A stretch of DNA of 64,000 bases from the human T2T-CHM13v2.0 reference genome, Homo sapiens: assembly GCF_009914755.1 (NCBI RefSeq), contig NC_060945.1; one strand, given 5' to 3'. Within the stretch, counting starts at the first letter, position 1. Every line of letters begins with the position of its first letter. Under the pieces are notes generated by a model that saw only the letters and a list, made by a program, of their open reading frames with translations, was not told the DNA's origin and searched no databases. Made by a program: the position numbers and the translations under genes. This document shows, piece by piece, positions 27,330 through 39,595 of the stretch.

Positions 27330-29433
27330 CTTGTGTTTTTAAAGTCACTGCATGCATGTGTGGTAATTTGTTATGGCGACATTAGGAAACTCATACAAAT
27401 TTTGATGTCTGAGAGTTATATACTGCTGTAACAAATATCTATAAAATGTCAAAGTGGCTTTGGAATTCGGCAGTGAGTGAGGCTAAGAGAATGTTGAAGG
27501 TCATCCGAGAAAAACTTACATTGTTTTGAACACATTGTTAGTAGAAATGTGGTTGTTAATGATTCTGCTAGAAAGGACTTAGAAGAAAGTGAAGAGAAGA
27601 GCATGGTAGAGAAGGCATAGACTGCGTTAGAGCATACATGAATCAGCATGAACAGACTTAGTAAAAATAGGGACATAAAAAGTACTATTGGTGAAGGCTT
27701 AGAAGGAAATAAAAAACACATTAAAAATTTGAAGAAAGAATTTCCATATTATATAGCGGTAGAAACTTAGCAAAGTTGTCCTACGTTCAGGTGAAAAATA
27801 GAACTTGTAAATGATGAAATTGAATACGTAAGTAAGGATATTTCCAAGCAAAGGGTTGAAGAAGCTGCCTGGCTTCTTGTTTCTTCTCATAGCAAAATGC
27901 AATGAGAAAGAGATAATTTGAGAAAAGAACCGTTTAAACAAAAAGAAACCAAGACATAATGATTTTGGAAATTCTCAGTTTATTCAGACTGCAAAAGATA
28001 TTAAAATAAAGAAACTCAGTAACAGGGATAGATAATCTAAAGAAAAAGCCTAGGACACGGCTGTAGTAACCTTCTGTTTTTATACCTCAGCAATTTGCTA
28101 ATGCCTCAAAAAGATCAAAAGTACTCAAATATAAAGGGCTCTTTGAAGAGATTAGATTTCCTCAATCAAACCAAAGAGCATCGAGGAAGCTTAAGGTTAC
28201 TGTCCCTCACATATCTCAGCAGAAGGCAAAAATAGAAGACTGATTATCTAAGAAAGATCTCTGAAAGAGTCTCATATTATGGAGTGAACCCCTGTGGCAT
28301 ACATGGGAGACCCACTTGGTTCTTGAGAATTTTATATCAGGAGAAACACTGTCAGTCTGTATTGAAAGGAACAGAGAAAATACGAAATTAAAGAAGACTA
28401 TTAAACCTCCAAAATTCTGGCAGGAAAGAAGCTTACACAGCTACTCAGTTGCAAAGATCTGCCACTTTTCATATACATGAAAGGACTCAGAGGAGGAAGC
28501 CACAGGTTTAGAAGGAAAAGCTAAAAGCAACATCGTATTAGTCTTGGATCTAGGAACCTAATTTCTCTAGCAGAATCTAGAAATGGCTTGGGACAAGTGA
28601 TTGTTTTTTTACCTAGGATTTTCTCCCTCTTGAAAACAGGACTGTCTGTAACTATTATCCTATGCCTGCCCTACCATCATATTTCAGAAACAGGTAACTT
28701 ATGTTTTCACTTTCAAAGATTCACAATAAAGAGAAATTGTACCTCAGAATGGATTATACCAGAGCTTTCCTCATGCATAAATTAAATAATTTAGGTTATG
28801 TGATTTGAAGCTTTTGAGTGGGTGAGGTGACATTTTGGATGCTGAGTTGGTGCCGTAGTGAGTCCAGAATTCTGCGGAACTTGGTTTCGGTTAATGAATT
28901 TTGTAGGTGAGATAGTCTTAAATCTTTAGAGTTTAGAAAGTGGAATGTCCTACCCAGCATAAAAATCCCCCAGTGATGTACATGTCCTAGTTCCCAGAAC
29001 CTATACATAGGTTAACATATATGGCAGGCGTGATTACGATTAAATAATTTGATATGAGTAGATTATTGTCAAGGTGGTCCCAATCTCATCACAGCAGTCC
29101 TAATAAGCAGAAAACCTTTCCAGGCTTCCCTGTTGTCAGTGAACCAGGGAAGCCTGGTGTGTGGGAAGAACTCTATTCGCCATTGGTTGCTTTAAAGATG
29201 GAAGGGGCCACAAACCAGGAAATGTGGTTGGTTTCTAGCAGCTGGAAAAGGCAGGAAAGAGATTTTCCCCTAGATCTTCTGAAGAGAAATGCAATCCCAC
29301 TAATACCTTGATTTTAGCTCAGTGAAACTTTTGTCAGACTTCTGACCTATAGAACAACAAGGTAATAAATTATTGTAGTTTTATACGACTAATATTTTGG
29401 TAACTTCAATGGCAGCAATAGAAAACAAATGCA
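27330..29433 (+). mobile_element. MLT1 MaLR proviral remnant: LTR end 27330-27396, MLT1-int to about 28910, MLT1D/E-like LTR about 28940-29433
   Basis: GTGGTAATTTGTTATGGC..AGGAAACTCATACA is followed by the MaLR-int start (GCTGTAACAAATATCT..AAATGT..GTGGCTTTGGAATT). The downstream LTR ends GGCAGCAATAGAAAACAAATGCA. Confidence 0.75.
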
Positions 29434-29809
29434 TGTAAAAATTATTGCCCATGAAAACTTTGTTTCAGTAATGTATATATACATATATCTCAGTCATATA
29501 GATAAAGAGGTACATACATACATACACATACATATATGCTACAGAAAGTTCACCCTCCTCAAAGTAGTATGCAAATGGACTGTACAAACTGAAACCATGA
29601 AAAGTGATTTTAATAATCAATGGGAAAAATTATAATTGTACCGTAATCTTTAATGATGTTTGTCAAGACTTTACAATCTCTCTTATTGTTGGTTATAAAT
29701 TTACAAAGAATTAAAAGGTAATAAAACTAGTCTTACCTAGTACTCTTTAATTTAAAACACTTGAAACATTGAGGTTGAAGTACTTTACTTCTTTGTAAAA
29801 AACTTAGTA

Positions 29810-30262
29810 TAAATTGTTGATACACTCAACACTTGGATGGAAATTGTTGGGTATTACTTTAAGGGAATTATACTAAATGAAAAAAAATGCAATCTCAACA
29901 GGTAACAAATTGTATATTTTCATTTATAAAATAGTCACAAGATTACAAAATTGTAGAGGAGGAGAATAGATTAATGGTCATAGGACTTAGTTGTTTCGGG
30001 GGAAAGAGGTGGGTATGATTATAAAGGAAGCATGGTTCCTATGCTGCTGGAACTGTTGTGATTGGAGTCGTGGCTACGGAAGGCTACATGTGTGCTAAAA
30101 TTGCATAGAACTGCATATGTACATGTTTATATATGTTTTTATGTTTATTGTCATACAAGATGTTACCATTTGCAGAGTCTAGGTGAAGGGTACATGGGGG
30201 CTCCTTGTATGTTTTTTGAAACTTTCTGTGAATCTATACTTATTTTAAAATATAAATAAAAT
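29810..30262 (+). mobile_element. L1MC/L1MD-like 3' end
   Basis: CTACATGTGTGCTAAAATTGCATAGAAC...GGTGAAGGGTACATGGGG...TGTGAATCTATA. Confidence 0.7.
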
Positions 30263-30438
30263 CTATCAACAGTTTTTGTCCTCTACTTCTTATTTATAAC
30301 AAATGATACAGAGTGAGCATTTTTTTCTATGCATTGACAACTTCTCATATTCCTATCTAACCTTGGACCAACTCTCAAGATTTTATCCTTTGTGCTTTCA
30401 ATATCTGGAAAAAAATCCTGAGATTTCCTTTCATGTGA

Positions 30439-30834
<396 letters not shown>

Positions 30835-31546
30835 CACAACCATTTTCTTAATTTACATTAATAAGTTCATCTTCAATGAGTGTCTTTGACTACATACTAA
30901 AGTCTCTCAAACATCAGCTGTGTCAATATTTTCACCCTTAGCTATTTCTTCTATAACTTTGCTTACATTTAATTTAAATTTTACTTACAGTGTTACCACT
31001 TTTTTTTTTTCCTGCACATTTACCTTTGCTGACCAACTCATTTTTTTTGCTCATACTTTTGTTGTAAGCTGTCACCAACTTCCATCACTGGGAAATAAGG
31101 AGGGACACAACTACATGCCTTGGTATTTAAGGGTAAACTGAGTAACAGATCTTCATTGACCAATCACTGACAGACTTCGAAAGAAATGACACAATGACTG
31201 GTCACTGGTAATGATGTACAGTGATTTGTGCACTGTAGGGCTAGCAGTAAAGTTTGTCCTTTAAGCAATTTTTTCCAGGTAATATATCCTGGTAATTAAA
31301 ATTTGAACCTTGTTGCCAGGGGACTGATGTTATTTAACTAAATAAGGCCTGATAATTGAAATCTGTGTCTATCAGAACTATAGAAAGCAAAGAGTTTCTG
31401 GCTATAGAGAGAGCTATATGTATATAAGTCCTGGGTTACAAAGTCAGATGCATTTTTTACTACAATTTTCAATTTTAAAAATTTGATAAACATTGGTAAA
31501 GATGGCATCTGAATAATGTTATTATCTACATTTCCAGTTACACATC

Positions 31547-31920
31547 TGTATTAGCTATTTTCACACTGCTATGCAGAACTACATGAGACTGAGTAATTTA
31601 TAAACAAAAGAGGTTTAACTGACTCACAGTTCCACATGACTCAGGAGGCCTCCAAAAACTTACAGTCATGGCTGAAGGAAAGAGGAAGCAAGGCACATCA
31701 CACTTGGTGGCAGGAGAGAGAGACAGAGAGAGAGAGCTGGGGGGTGGGGATCTGCCAAACACTTTTAAACCATCAGATCTCCTGAGAACTCACTATCATG
31801 AGAACAGCAAGAGGAATTGCCCCCATGATCTAATCATACCCCACAAAGTACCTCCTTTAACACTGAGGATTACAGTTTCAAGATGAGACTTGGATGGGAA
31901 CACAAAGGCAAAGCATATCA
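31547..31920 (-). mobile_element. THE1D-like solo LTR
   Basis: Termini TGTATTAG...CATATCA. Perfect TSD ACATC at 31542-31546 and 31921-31925. Confidence 0.92.
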
Positions 31921-32559
31921 ACATCTCAAATGCACCTTATACACCAATCATACTATAAACATTTTCTGCTGCCCTGAACATACCTTGAGTTTCGTGAAAT
32001 TGCTCAGGCTGCAATCTCCATCGGAACTTACATTGCTTATTTACTGGGTGAAGACTTTCTCATCTTTCAACATGTCCTTCAGGAATGTGCTCCCAATGAC
32101 AGCCTTTAGGGGCCCTTTTCCCCATCGTTGCCATCTATTTAAAAAGGAACCAGCCTCATTCTACCCATCTGCCTTTTTCTAGTCAGTAGAAACTATGGGG
32201 TGAGTGTTCTTCAGCTTGTTCCCAGCAGTAGCGTTCAGACTCTCATTAGGAATTTTTAAAAATACTAACCCTAATATAAGTCATGGTCATACATGCATGG
32301 AAAACTCATGCTAGTCTGTCTACATATTTTTAAATGGGCAAAATGAGTGAGAAAAGAAGAATAAGCATGTATCTGTATTGTGTGCACACACAAGTGTTTT
32401 TTAAAGCAAAGTCACAAGATTATGAAAAATATTTTGACATGATTAAGGGACTGGCTTAAGAAAAAGTAAACATAAGAGAAAATTTATTTTTGGATGAAAA
32501 AATATAAACAGTAGGATTCTCCAGGGATAAATTCTATGGCCAATTTTAATACCATCTTA

Positions 32560-32645
32560 ATTAAATGTCCTTTGGTGTCATTCAGAAACAGAACACTGGG
32601 TTAGACAAGCCATTTCGTTGGCCCAGTATGGCAATTTATTATGAA
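32560..32645 (+). mobile_element. CR1/L3 LINE 3' end remnant
   Basis: ACAGAACACTGGGTTAGACAAGCCATTTCGTTGGCCCAGTATGGCAATT resembles the CR1 3' terminus. Confidence 0.5.
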
Positions 32646-33424
32646 ATCTTTCTAAAGGTTGGGCTGTAAACAGCCATGATGTGAAATATTAATAATTTTT
32701 TTAGCTATAACCAGAGGGATTAAGGTATTTACCAGAAAATCTATTATTAAAGATATGTCTATATGCAGAAGTGAATTTTTAATAATTCAATCACACTGAT
32801 ATTGTACTTTTTAAATTACGGTTATGAATTATAGCAGCTGAAATAGACTGCACCACCTTATCAATTCTACTTTTAATCATTCTTAATTATGCATCAATTA
32901 TAGCACTTGTATTTAAAAGATATTGCTTAAATCTGACTGATTATCACATATTTGATCACCTTGAATATATCCATACTACAATAATTAAATTGATTTCTAC
33001 TCTTTAGGAATTTTATCAGTTCTCAGGATTTTTAAGAGAATGAAAGATCAGCAAAAAATTAAGTAAAGGAAAATGATTTGGCTGGAAGCTTGCTATGAAA
33101 TAGACTTACTGGGGAGAAAAAAGATGATTTTTCTCTCAGTATCTCTTCCTTTACTAAATGCTAAAATAAATACCTCAAGTCATTTTCTGCCTTCAATATT
33201 GTAATTGCCAAGATATATCTGCACATTTTAATTAATATTGTGGGGTACAATTTGCATACACTTTCCAATAATATCTTTTTAAAAGATTTCCCTTAAAATA
33301 AGTACTGTAGAGGAAAAAAATTTTCAAATTAAATACATATTCTTTTAAACAATTTTAAAGTATTAATCAGTTGAAATTATTTGTTTAAAATGATTTAATT
33401 AACGTATTAATTTAGTAACGTATT

Positions 33425-33776
33425 TATTTAGTAATACAGACTCAATCGATATTTACTATAGTAATTTTCTATCAGAATATAAACAACAGAAATATATTTC
33501 TCACATTTTGGGAAGTTGAAAAGTCCAAATCAAGGCGCCACCAAATTTGGTGCTTGGGGAAAACCTGTTTCCTGTCTTCTCACTATGTCTCCACATGGTG
33601 TAATGGACAAGGGAACTCTCCATGGTCTCTTTTATAAGTAGTCCCATTCCTGAGAGCTCCACCCTTACCACCTAATCACCTCCCTAAGTCCCCACATCTA
33701 AATACCATCTCACTGGGACTCAGGTTTTATTTTAATGTATGAATTTTGAGGACACACAAACATTTGATTTATTGCA
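33425..33776 (-). mobile_element. MLT1A0/MSTD-like LTR
   Basis: TAAACAACAGAAATATATTTCTCAC...AAGTCCAAATCAAGGCGCC...CCTAATCACCTCCC...ACACAAACATT. Confidence 0.8.
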
Positions 33777-34534
33777 TTAAGGTTGCATTATTTGACATTG
33801 GGTGTTTCATGTTTTATAAAGTATTCACAGAATTTCTTTAATGTATTAGATTTGTCTTTAAATTTTCTACAATTTGTTTAGTTTGTGAAGATATGTAGAC
33901 AAATTTTATATTTTTTCCAGGAATAATCTCATAGGTGAATACAAATTGTAAATCCAAAGACTAACAAAACCTACATAAAATGTATCAAATCATTTGTTAA
34001 TAATCTATGTTGATTTTTCTATAAAAAATTAAGAATGACATTGACACTCAGATCAAGGCCATATTCTCTACCAGTAATTCATATAAACAGAATCATAGCA
34101 AAACTATGTTTTGTAATTTACTACAATACATAAATTTCTCCCCAATTCAAATTTTTTCAACATGCATTGGACTTAATTGAAGGTCTTCATTACTTTTTTC
34201 TATGTTTTATTCATTCTTCACTCTTCCATATTATTAATTGTGCAAGACTTCATAGTTGTGATTAAAAATCAAAGCATTTAAAGGTTGACAGAGTAAATGA
34301 AAGTCTATATAAGCATCACTAATAAGTTTTCTTACTCTTACTAGGATAATTTTCTTTTGTTTTATAAGGCAAATGAAAGGATGGACATTTAGAAAACTAT
34401 TGTGAGCCAGGCCCCTTTCTGTCATTGTATATAATTCTTTTCATCACAATGTGAATAGTTATTTTAATCTCTATTTTACTAAAGGGAATTCTGTCCTGCA
34501 AAATGTTTGCTGTTTGGCTCTAAAATGATATAGA

Positions 34535-34760
34535 CCAGAAGACAGTGTGTCTGGAATCCGGGTCTCGGATCTCTGTGAATTCTAGGCTCATGTGTTTTTC
34601 ATATATCACCTTTAGTGAACTGATGATATGTTTTAGAAGCAGGCTTAGTCTCTTATCTTTCATTGTGTTCTTCCCACAGAGGGGGGTAATGGCTCCTTTA
34701 AATTTAATACAATGTAATAGGCTTCTAGATTTAAATAATAAAACTGACTCCAGAAAATAA
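34535..34760 (+). mobile_element. MIR remnant
   Basis: TCTGGAATCCGGGTCTCGG...CACCTTTAGT, degenerate. Confidence 0.35.
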
Positions 34761-36078
34761 AAGTTTAGATACATTGAAACTGCTAAAGCATAACGCAAGG
34801 CATTTTGAGGACAACGGGACTCATCATTAATCCCAGATTATGACAATAATGTTAATTACAGGACAACAACAGAATGTGCATAGCACAGACTTTAACAGTG
34901 GACTTGAAATCAAGAGGACTACAGTATCTCAGAGGGAAAAAACGGAGCGTGGGATCACCCATTCCATCTTGTCTTAGTCTATTGGTAGATAGTGCTAGAA
35001 CCTGGATGCCTGGATATTTGCTTTTCCAATCTTTGACACGGTCGTTTTCCTGGGGCTGTTTTATGTAAAGAGGGATGATATGAACATCTGGAAATAAGAC
35101 GAACATCATCACATGCTGGGAGGGCACATCTTCTGGCACGTAATAATTCATAACACCTCCAGAGGAAATTTTGTTTGAAAGAGTTTTATTTGGAAAGGCA
35201 GTTTCCAATAATAAATTTTTTAAGTCCATGGGCATACAACTATTAACATTTGAAGTAAGCCATTCCACATACATTATGTTTAAATCGTATTTTATATGTA
35301 TCCAAAAATGGCCAAGTTTCAATTCAACATGTATTGTTTGAGTTCCTTATTCAAAAACAAAATGAAACAAACAGCAACTACAACAAGAAAAATACCCAGA
35401 GGTTTCTTCAGAATAAGATGTGATTTATCTTAATGGAAAATAAGTTCTAAACTCTGTGCATGTGTGTGTATTTTTCAATTCTCCCTTAATTACCTTCTTT
35501 TTCCTTTAGAAAAAATAAAGATGAGAATGCTGTTTCATTTTACTTGATGAATGACTTGTCATTTCTTTCATTCATTCATGAAAATATTTCCTGGGGAGCT
35601 GTTAAGGGCAAAGTAAAGTTCAATACCTTGCCTCTGATAAAGAAGGTCTGGACTTTACAGTTAAGGAATTAATAGAAAAGAATCATACATACTAACAAAT
35701 ATAATGCACTATTCAATATGTTTTGTATGATTTCTTGAAAAAAAAAGTCTTCAATTTTATTGATGTAATTGCATGCTTCATTTGAGGTGCTAATTCTTCT
35801 CTAATTTAGAAACTGTAGAACAAATGTTTAGATGGATATGGGGAAGAAATACATACTGTTATTTTCTTCATAAATACTTGATTTTATTAGAATGAATGCT
35901 GTAAGATTATTTTGTTATATAAATACTTATAAAGAACTATTGCTTTTGAATAGTTTTCAAAGTCTGAAGAAGAACATTTAAAATAAACAGAGGCAAAAAT
36001 TGTAGAGGATATATACACAGAACACTATCAAATAAAAGATTTTCTTAGAACTAGAAACCATAAATGCATATAAAAATG

Positions 36079-36396
36079 GGTCAGGTGCAGTGGCTCATGC
36101 CTGTAATCCCAGCACTTTGGGAGGCTGAGGCAGGCAGATCACTTGAGGTCAGGAGTTTGAGACCAGCGTGGCCAACATGTTGAAACACCGTCTCTACTAA
36201 AAATACAAAAGAAACACCGTCACTACTAAAAATACAAAAATTAGCCAGGTGTGGTGGTGGGCACCTGCCGTCCTAGCTTCTCTGGAGCCTGAGACAGGAG
36301 AATCGCTTGAACTCAGAAGGCAGTGGTTGCAGTGAGCCAAGATTGTGCCACTGCACTCCAGCCTGGTAGACAGAATGAGACTCCGTCTCAAAAAAA

Positions 36397-36413
<17 letters not shown>
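36079..36413 (+). mobile_element. AluSx/Sz with an internal 29-bp tandem duplication
   Basis: GATCACTTGAGGTCAGGAGTT. GAAACACCGTC(T/A)CTACTAAAAATACAAAA occurs twice. Poly-A tail. Confidence 0.94.
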
Positions 36414-36452
<39 letters not shown>

Positions 36453-36550
36453 AATAAAAGAAGTTTATATACACACAAACACATATAATGTTATATATAT
36501 ATTATACATATGTATGTATACATACATATACATATATGCATAAATATATA
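36414..36550. repeat. (TA)n(CA)n and TA-rich microsatellite
   Basis: Seen directly, continuous with the Alu tail. Confidence 0.9.
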
Positions 36551-36678
36551 TGGTCCTCTACTTATGATGGAATTACTTTCAATAAACTGATATGTTGAAA
36601 ATACATTTAATGGCAATAAAACTCCTCATAAAGTCAAGATACTGTAAATTGAACCGTCCTAAGTTGGGAACCATCTAC
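36551..36678 (+). mobile_element. Short MER47-like Tigger MITE
   Basis: TIR-like ends TGGTCCTCTACTTATGATGG...CCGTCCTAAGTTGGGAACCATCT. Confidence 0.6.
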
Positions 36679-36874
36679 ATTTTATAAGTTCAAAAATGAG
36701 GAAAGTCTGTTTGTGTATATATTTAGGGAGAGAGAAAGAGAATGAATGATTACCACTTCCTTAGTTGCTTTCATTTGCACATTTGCCACTCTGTAAATTT
36801 GTGTATAATAGAGTATGATAGTTGAGATTTGTCCTCATACAGTCAATGCTGACTTCCCTTTTTAAGTTATAGTG

Positions 36875-37319
36875 TGTTGTAGGTTGAAATGTGTACCCCT
36901 AGAAAGATATGCTGGAGTCCTAACTCCCAGTACCTCAGAACGTGATCTTATGTAGAGGTAGGATCTCTATAGAGGTAATCAAGTTAAAATGAGATTACTA
37001 GAGTGGGATTTTATTGAATATGACTTATAAAAAGGGGAATTTTGTGTCTTATAAAAAGGGGAATTTTGGACAAAGAGACAGGCACCCACAAAGGTAAGAT
37101 AATATGAAGCAACACAGGGAGAAGATAGTCATCTATAAGCCAAAAAGAGAGGCCTCGAACAGCTCACTCCTTCACAGACCTCAGAAGGAACCAAGCCTGC
37201 TGACAGCTTCATTTTGGACTTCCAGCCTCCAGAACTCTAAGACCATACATTTCAAACATTTTTGTTGAAGCCACTCAGTTTATGGTACTCTGTCATGGTA
37301 ACCGCTGCAAACTGACACA
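36875..37319 (+). mobile_element. MLT1B solo LTR
   Basis: GTCCTAACTCCCAGTACCTCAGAACGTGATC...GGACTTCCAGCCTCCAGAAC...AAACTGACACA. Confidence 0.88.
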
Positions 37320-38123
37320 CTTTCCCTAGCACACTCCTCCTCTACTCTAGAGTATTTGGAGTATTTCCAGCACAATGTTGGCACATGTCCCCTGCCTGGC
37401 CAAACAGAGCCTGCAGGCTGATAACTCCTCCCTAGGATTTCTTTTGTGACTGCTACCTCTTCCCCTGGGGTTTTTACGCTGCAAAAAGGGCACCCACAAG
37501 AAAGAAATCCTGGGAGGACAACTAGGAAAGAGATTAGAGATAAGAAAAGGTGAACAGAAGACAGGAAGAACAGAAGAAACCCAATATTGTCTGTCCTGCT
37601 GCTGCTTCTATCCAGGTTGAAGAGCCACACTTGGATTACTCAGCAATAATATATTGTTGGCCCTTAGATTAAGCAAGTTTGAGCTGGGATTCAGTCCTTT
37701 AATTAAAAAGTACGTGACGATTCTAACTAATACTGTATGTGATTGGTTAAGTGTCTTCCTTCTCCTACACTTAGGTATACACTCATATGCATACACACAT
37801 GCACACTGGCAATGCTATTTTGGGAAGAAAGACTCAGTTTGGGTTGGTTTGAATTTCTATAACTAGTCTTCATGGTCACATTTCAGAAGATATTATGAGA
37901 GCTGAAAGCTGCTCTCATTTTTTTGGTTGGGTTTTTAAAAATCCGTTGTTTCTCACCTACTTATCTATGTAAGATGAACTCACTTTAAAGTTAATCAGTA
38001 CTAGTGCTACATATGCTGCACTACTCAGTGAGCAGATGCTGATTAAGTGAGGCGCTGCTCCCAGCCAAGGTGTGTGCTCTGGAGAGTGGTAATAATTGGA
38101 GGCCGGTGTGTAAAGCTACGCTA

Positions 38124-38148
38124 GGGGGTGGGAGTGGGGGCGTAGGGG
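38124..38148 (+). other. Canonical G-quadruplex motif overlapping a GC box
   Basis: GGGGG T GGG AGT GGGGG CGTA GGGG: four G-tracts with loops of 1-4 nt. Confidence 0.7.
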
Positions 38149-38685
38149 TGAGGACTTGCTAAGCCATACCTGCACCAATGTGATTAGTCTAGGGCTCAGC
38201 CTAAACACTGGTAAATGATATATATCATTTTGGTGGCCCAATACCCTGAACATCATGCTGTATATATAGCATGATGTTAAAATACCTTGCTGAGATACCA
38301 GGAAGCAATATCCCATCGCAAAGAAGTTCCCAGATTCTATGTAGCGCTTACAAAGTAGTTGGCCAAACCTGGTAACGATTTTTGTCCTTGCTTTTAAAAG
38401 AGAGAGTTGAACTTTGAGAAATTTTCTTCAGAGAATTCTGTCCAATGCAGGAGATGTGGAGGGTGGCCATTTTTGCCTCAAGCCTAGTGAGGGAATCTTC
38501 AATGGGACAACTCAGAGAGCTTGACATGTGTTTCCTATAATTGCTAGATGAGGTCAATTGATGTTGGGCTCTGCCTATCATATCTAACAGGTGAGGAAAA
38601 GGCAAGACAGCTGTTGATGGGTGAACCAAAGAAAGTGAGATTGATCAAGGGAGGTCCACACTCCCAGCTTCAGTACTGAAGGCGA

Positions 38686-38701
38686 GCACGCGCGCGCGCG
38701 C

Positions 38702-38732
<31 letters not shown>

Positions 38733-38733
38733 C
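38686..38733. repeat. (CG)7(TG)13 alternating purine-pyrimidine tract, Z-DNA prone
   Basis: 48 uninterrupted alternating bases, seen directly. Confidence 0.92.
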
Positions 38734-39347
38734 TCAGGAGGGATGCCCAAAGGGCAAACAGACTTGAGTAGAAAAACAGAAAAACTACAATTGCTGTCAG
38801 ATGTGCAGGGCCTGAGAAAGAAGCAAGGGAGAGGCCAGAAAAGGGAGCATCTTTGACTCTAAGGGTAAGGAATGAAGACAAGAAAGGATTCACAGTAGAA
38901 ACGTAGTCAGCTTCACACTGTTTTCAGGCCCAGAGGAGTAGGACACAAGCCCCTCCCCTCGCTCCCTGGATGCTGGCCTTTATGGGGGACGAAACCTCAT
39001 TGCTATGGAGGAAAGTAGTAGAATTACAAAGTAGAGAAAGAGTAGTAGCAGCTGCACACTTGACTCGGATTGCCAGCTTCCCCCTCTGCGGCAGGTCTGA
39101 ACAAGGAGAACGGATAAACCCTATCTTCAAAGTAGCTAATGTTTTAACTATTACACGGAAGTGGGCATTTTTATAACTAACCAAAGATCTTTTGATTACC
39201 AGAGAGTTGTAATATCACAAAAGGACTGTAAACATAAAATATATACTGCATAAATATAAAGGAATAGTGGGAAACAAAGAAGAAAAAGAAAAAAAAACAT
39301 TAAGCATAATTGTTCCGTCTACTTAGAAGGAATTATCTTTCTATTTA

Positions 39348-39436
39348 TTAGGTTGGTGCAAAGGTAATTTGTGCAAAAGTAATTGTGGTCATTGAAAGTA
39401 ATGGCAAAAACAGCAATTACTTTTGCACCAATCTAA
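39348..39436. mobile_element. MADE1 (Hsmar1-derived MITE)
   Basis: TA + TTAGGTTGGTGCAAA...TTTTGCACCAATCTAA + TA: terminal inverted repeats with TA TSD. Confidence 0.92.
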
Positions 39437-39595
39437 TACACCATGGCTTCAAATATGGGCTTTATCCAAAAATAAGCATGAATAAAAGCAATGTCTAACA
39501 AATGTCTGTTGAATGATTATAGGTTCCTAATTAAATGAGATTATTTTAATTCTAAGCTTGATAAACCATACATGTATATCTGTGGAAATATTTAA

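Noticed and set aside
34852-35322. Longest non-retroviral ORF (156 aa, minus strand)
   Set aside because: Non-ATG first codon, no recognisable domain and no exon structure. Compatible with chance, although a BLASTP or PhyloCSF check would settle it.
39070-39095. CTCF-like motif
   Set aside because: Mismatches at key core positions on manual alignment, so it cannot be supported without a PWM scan or ChIP data.
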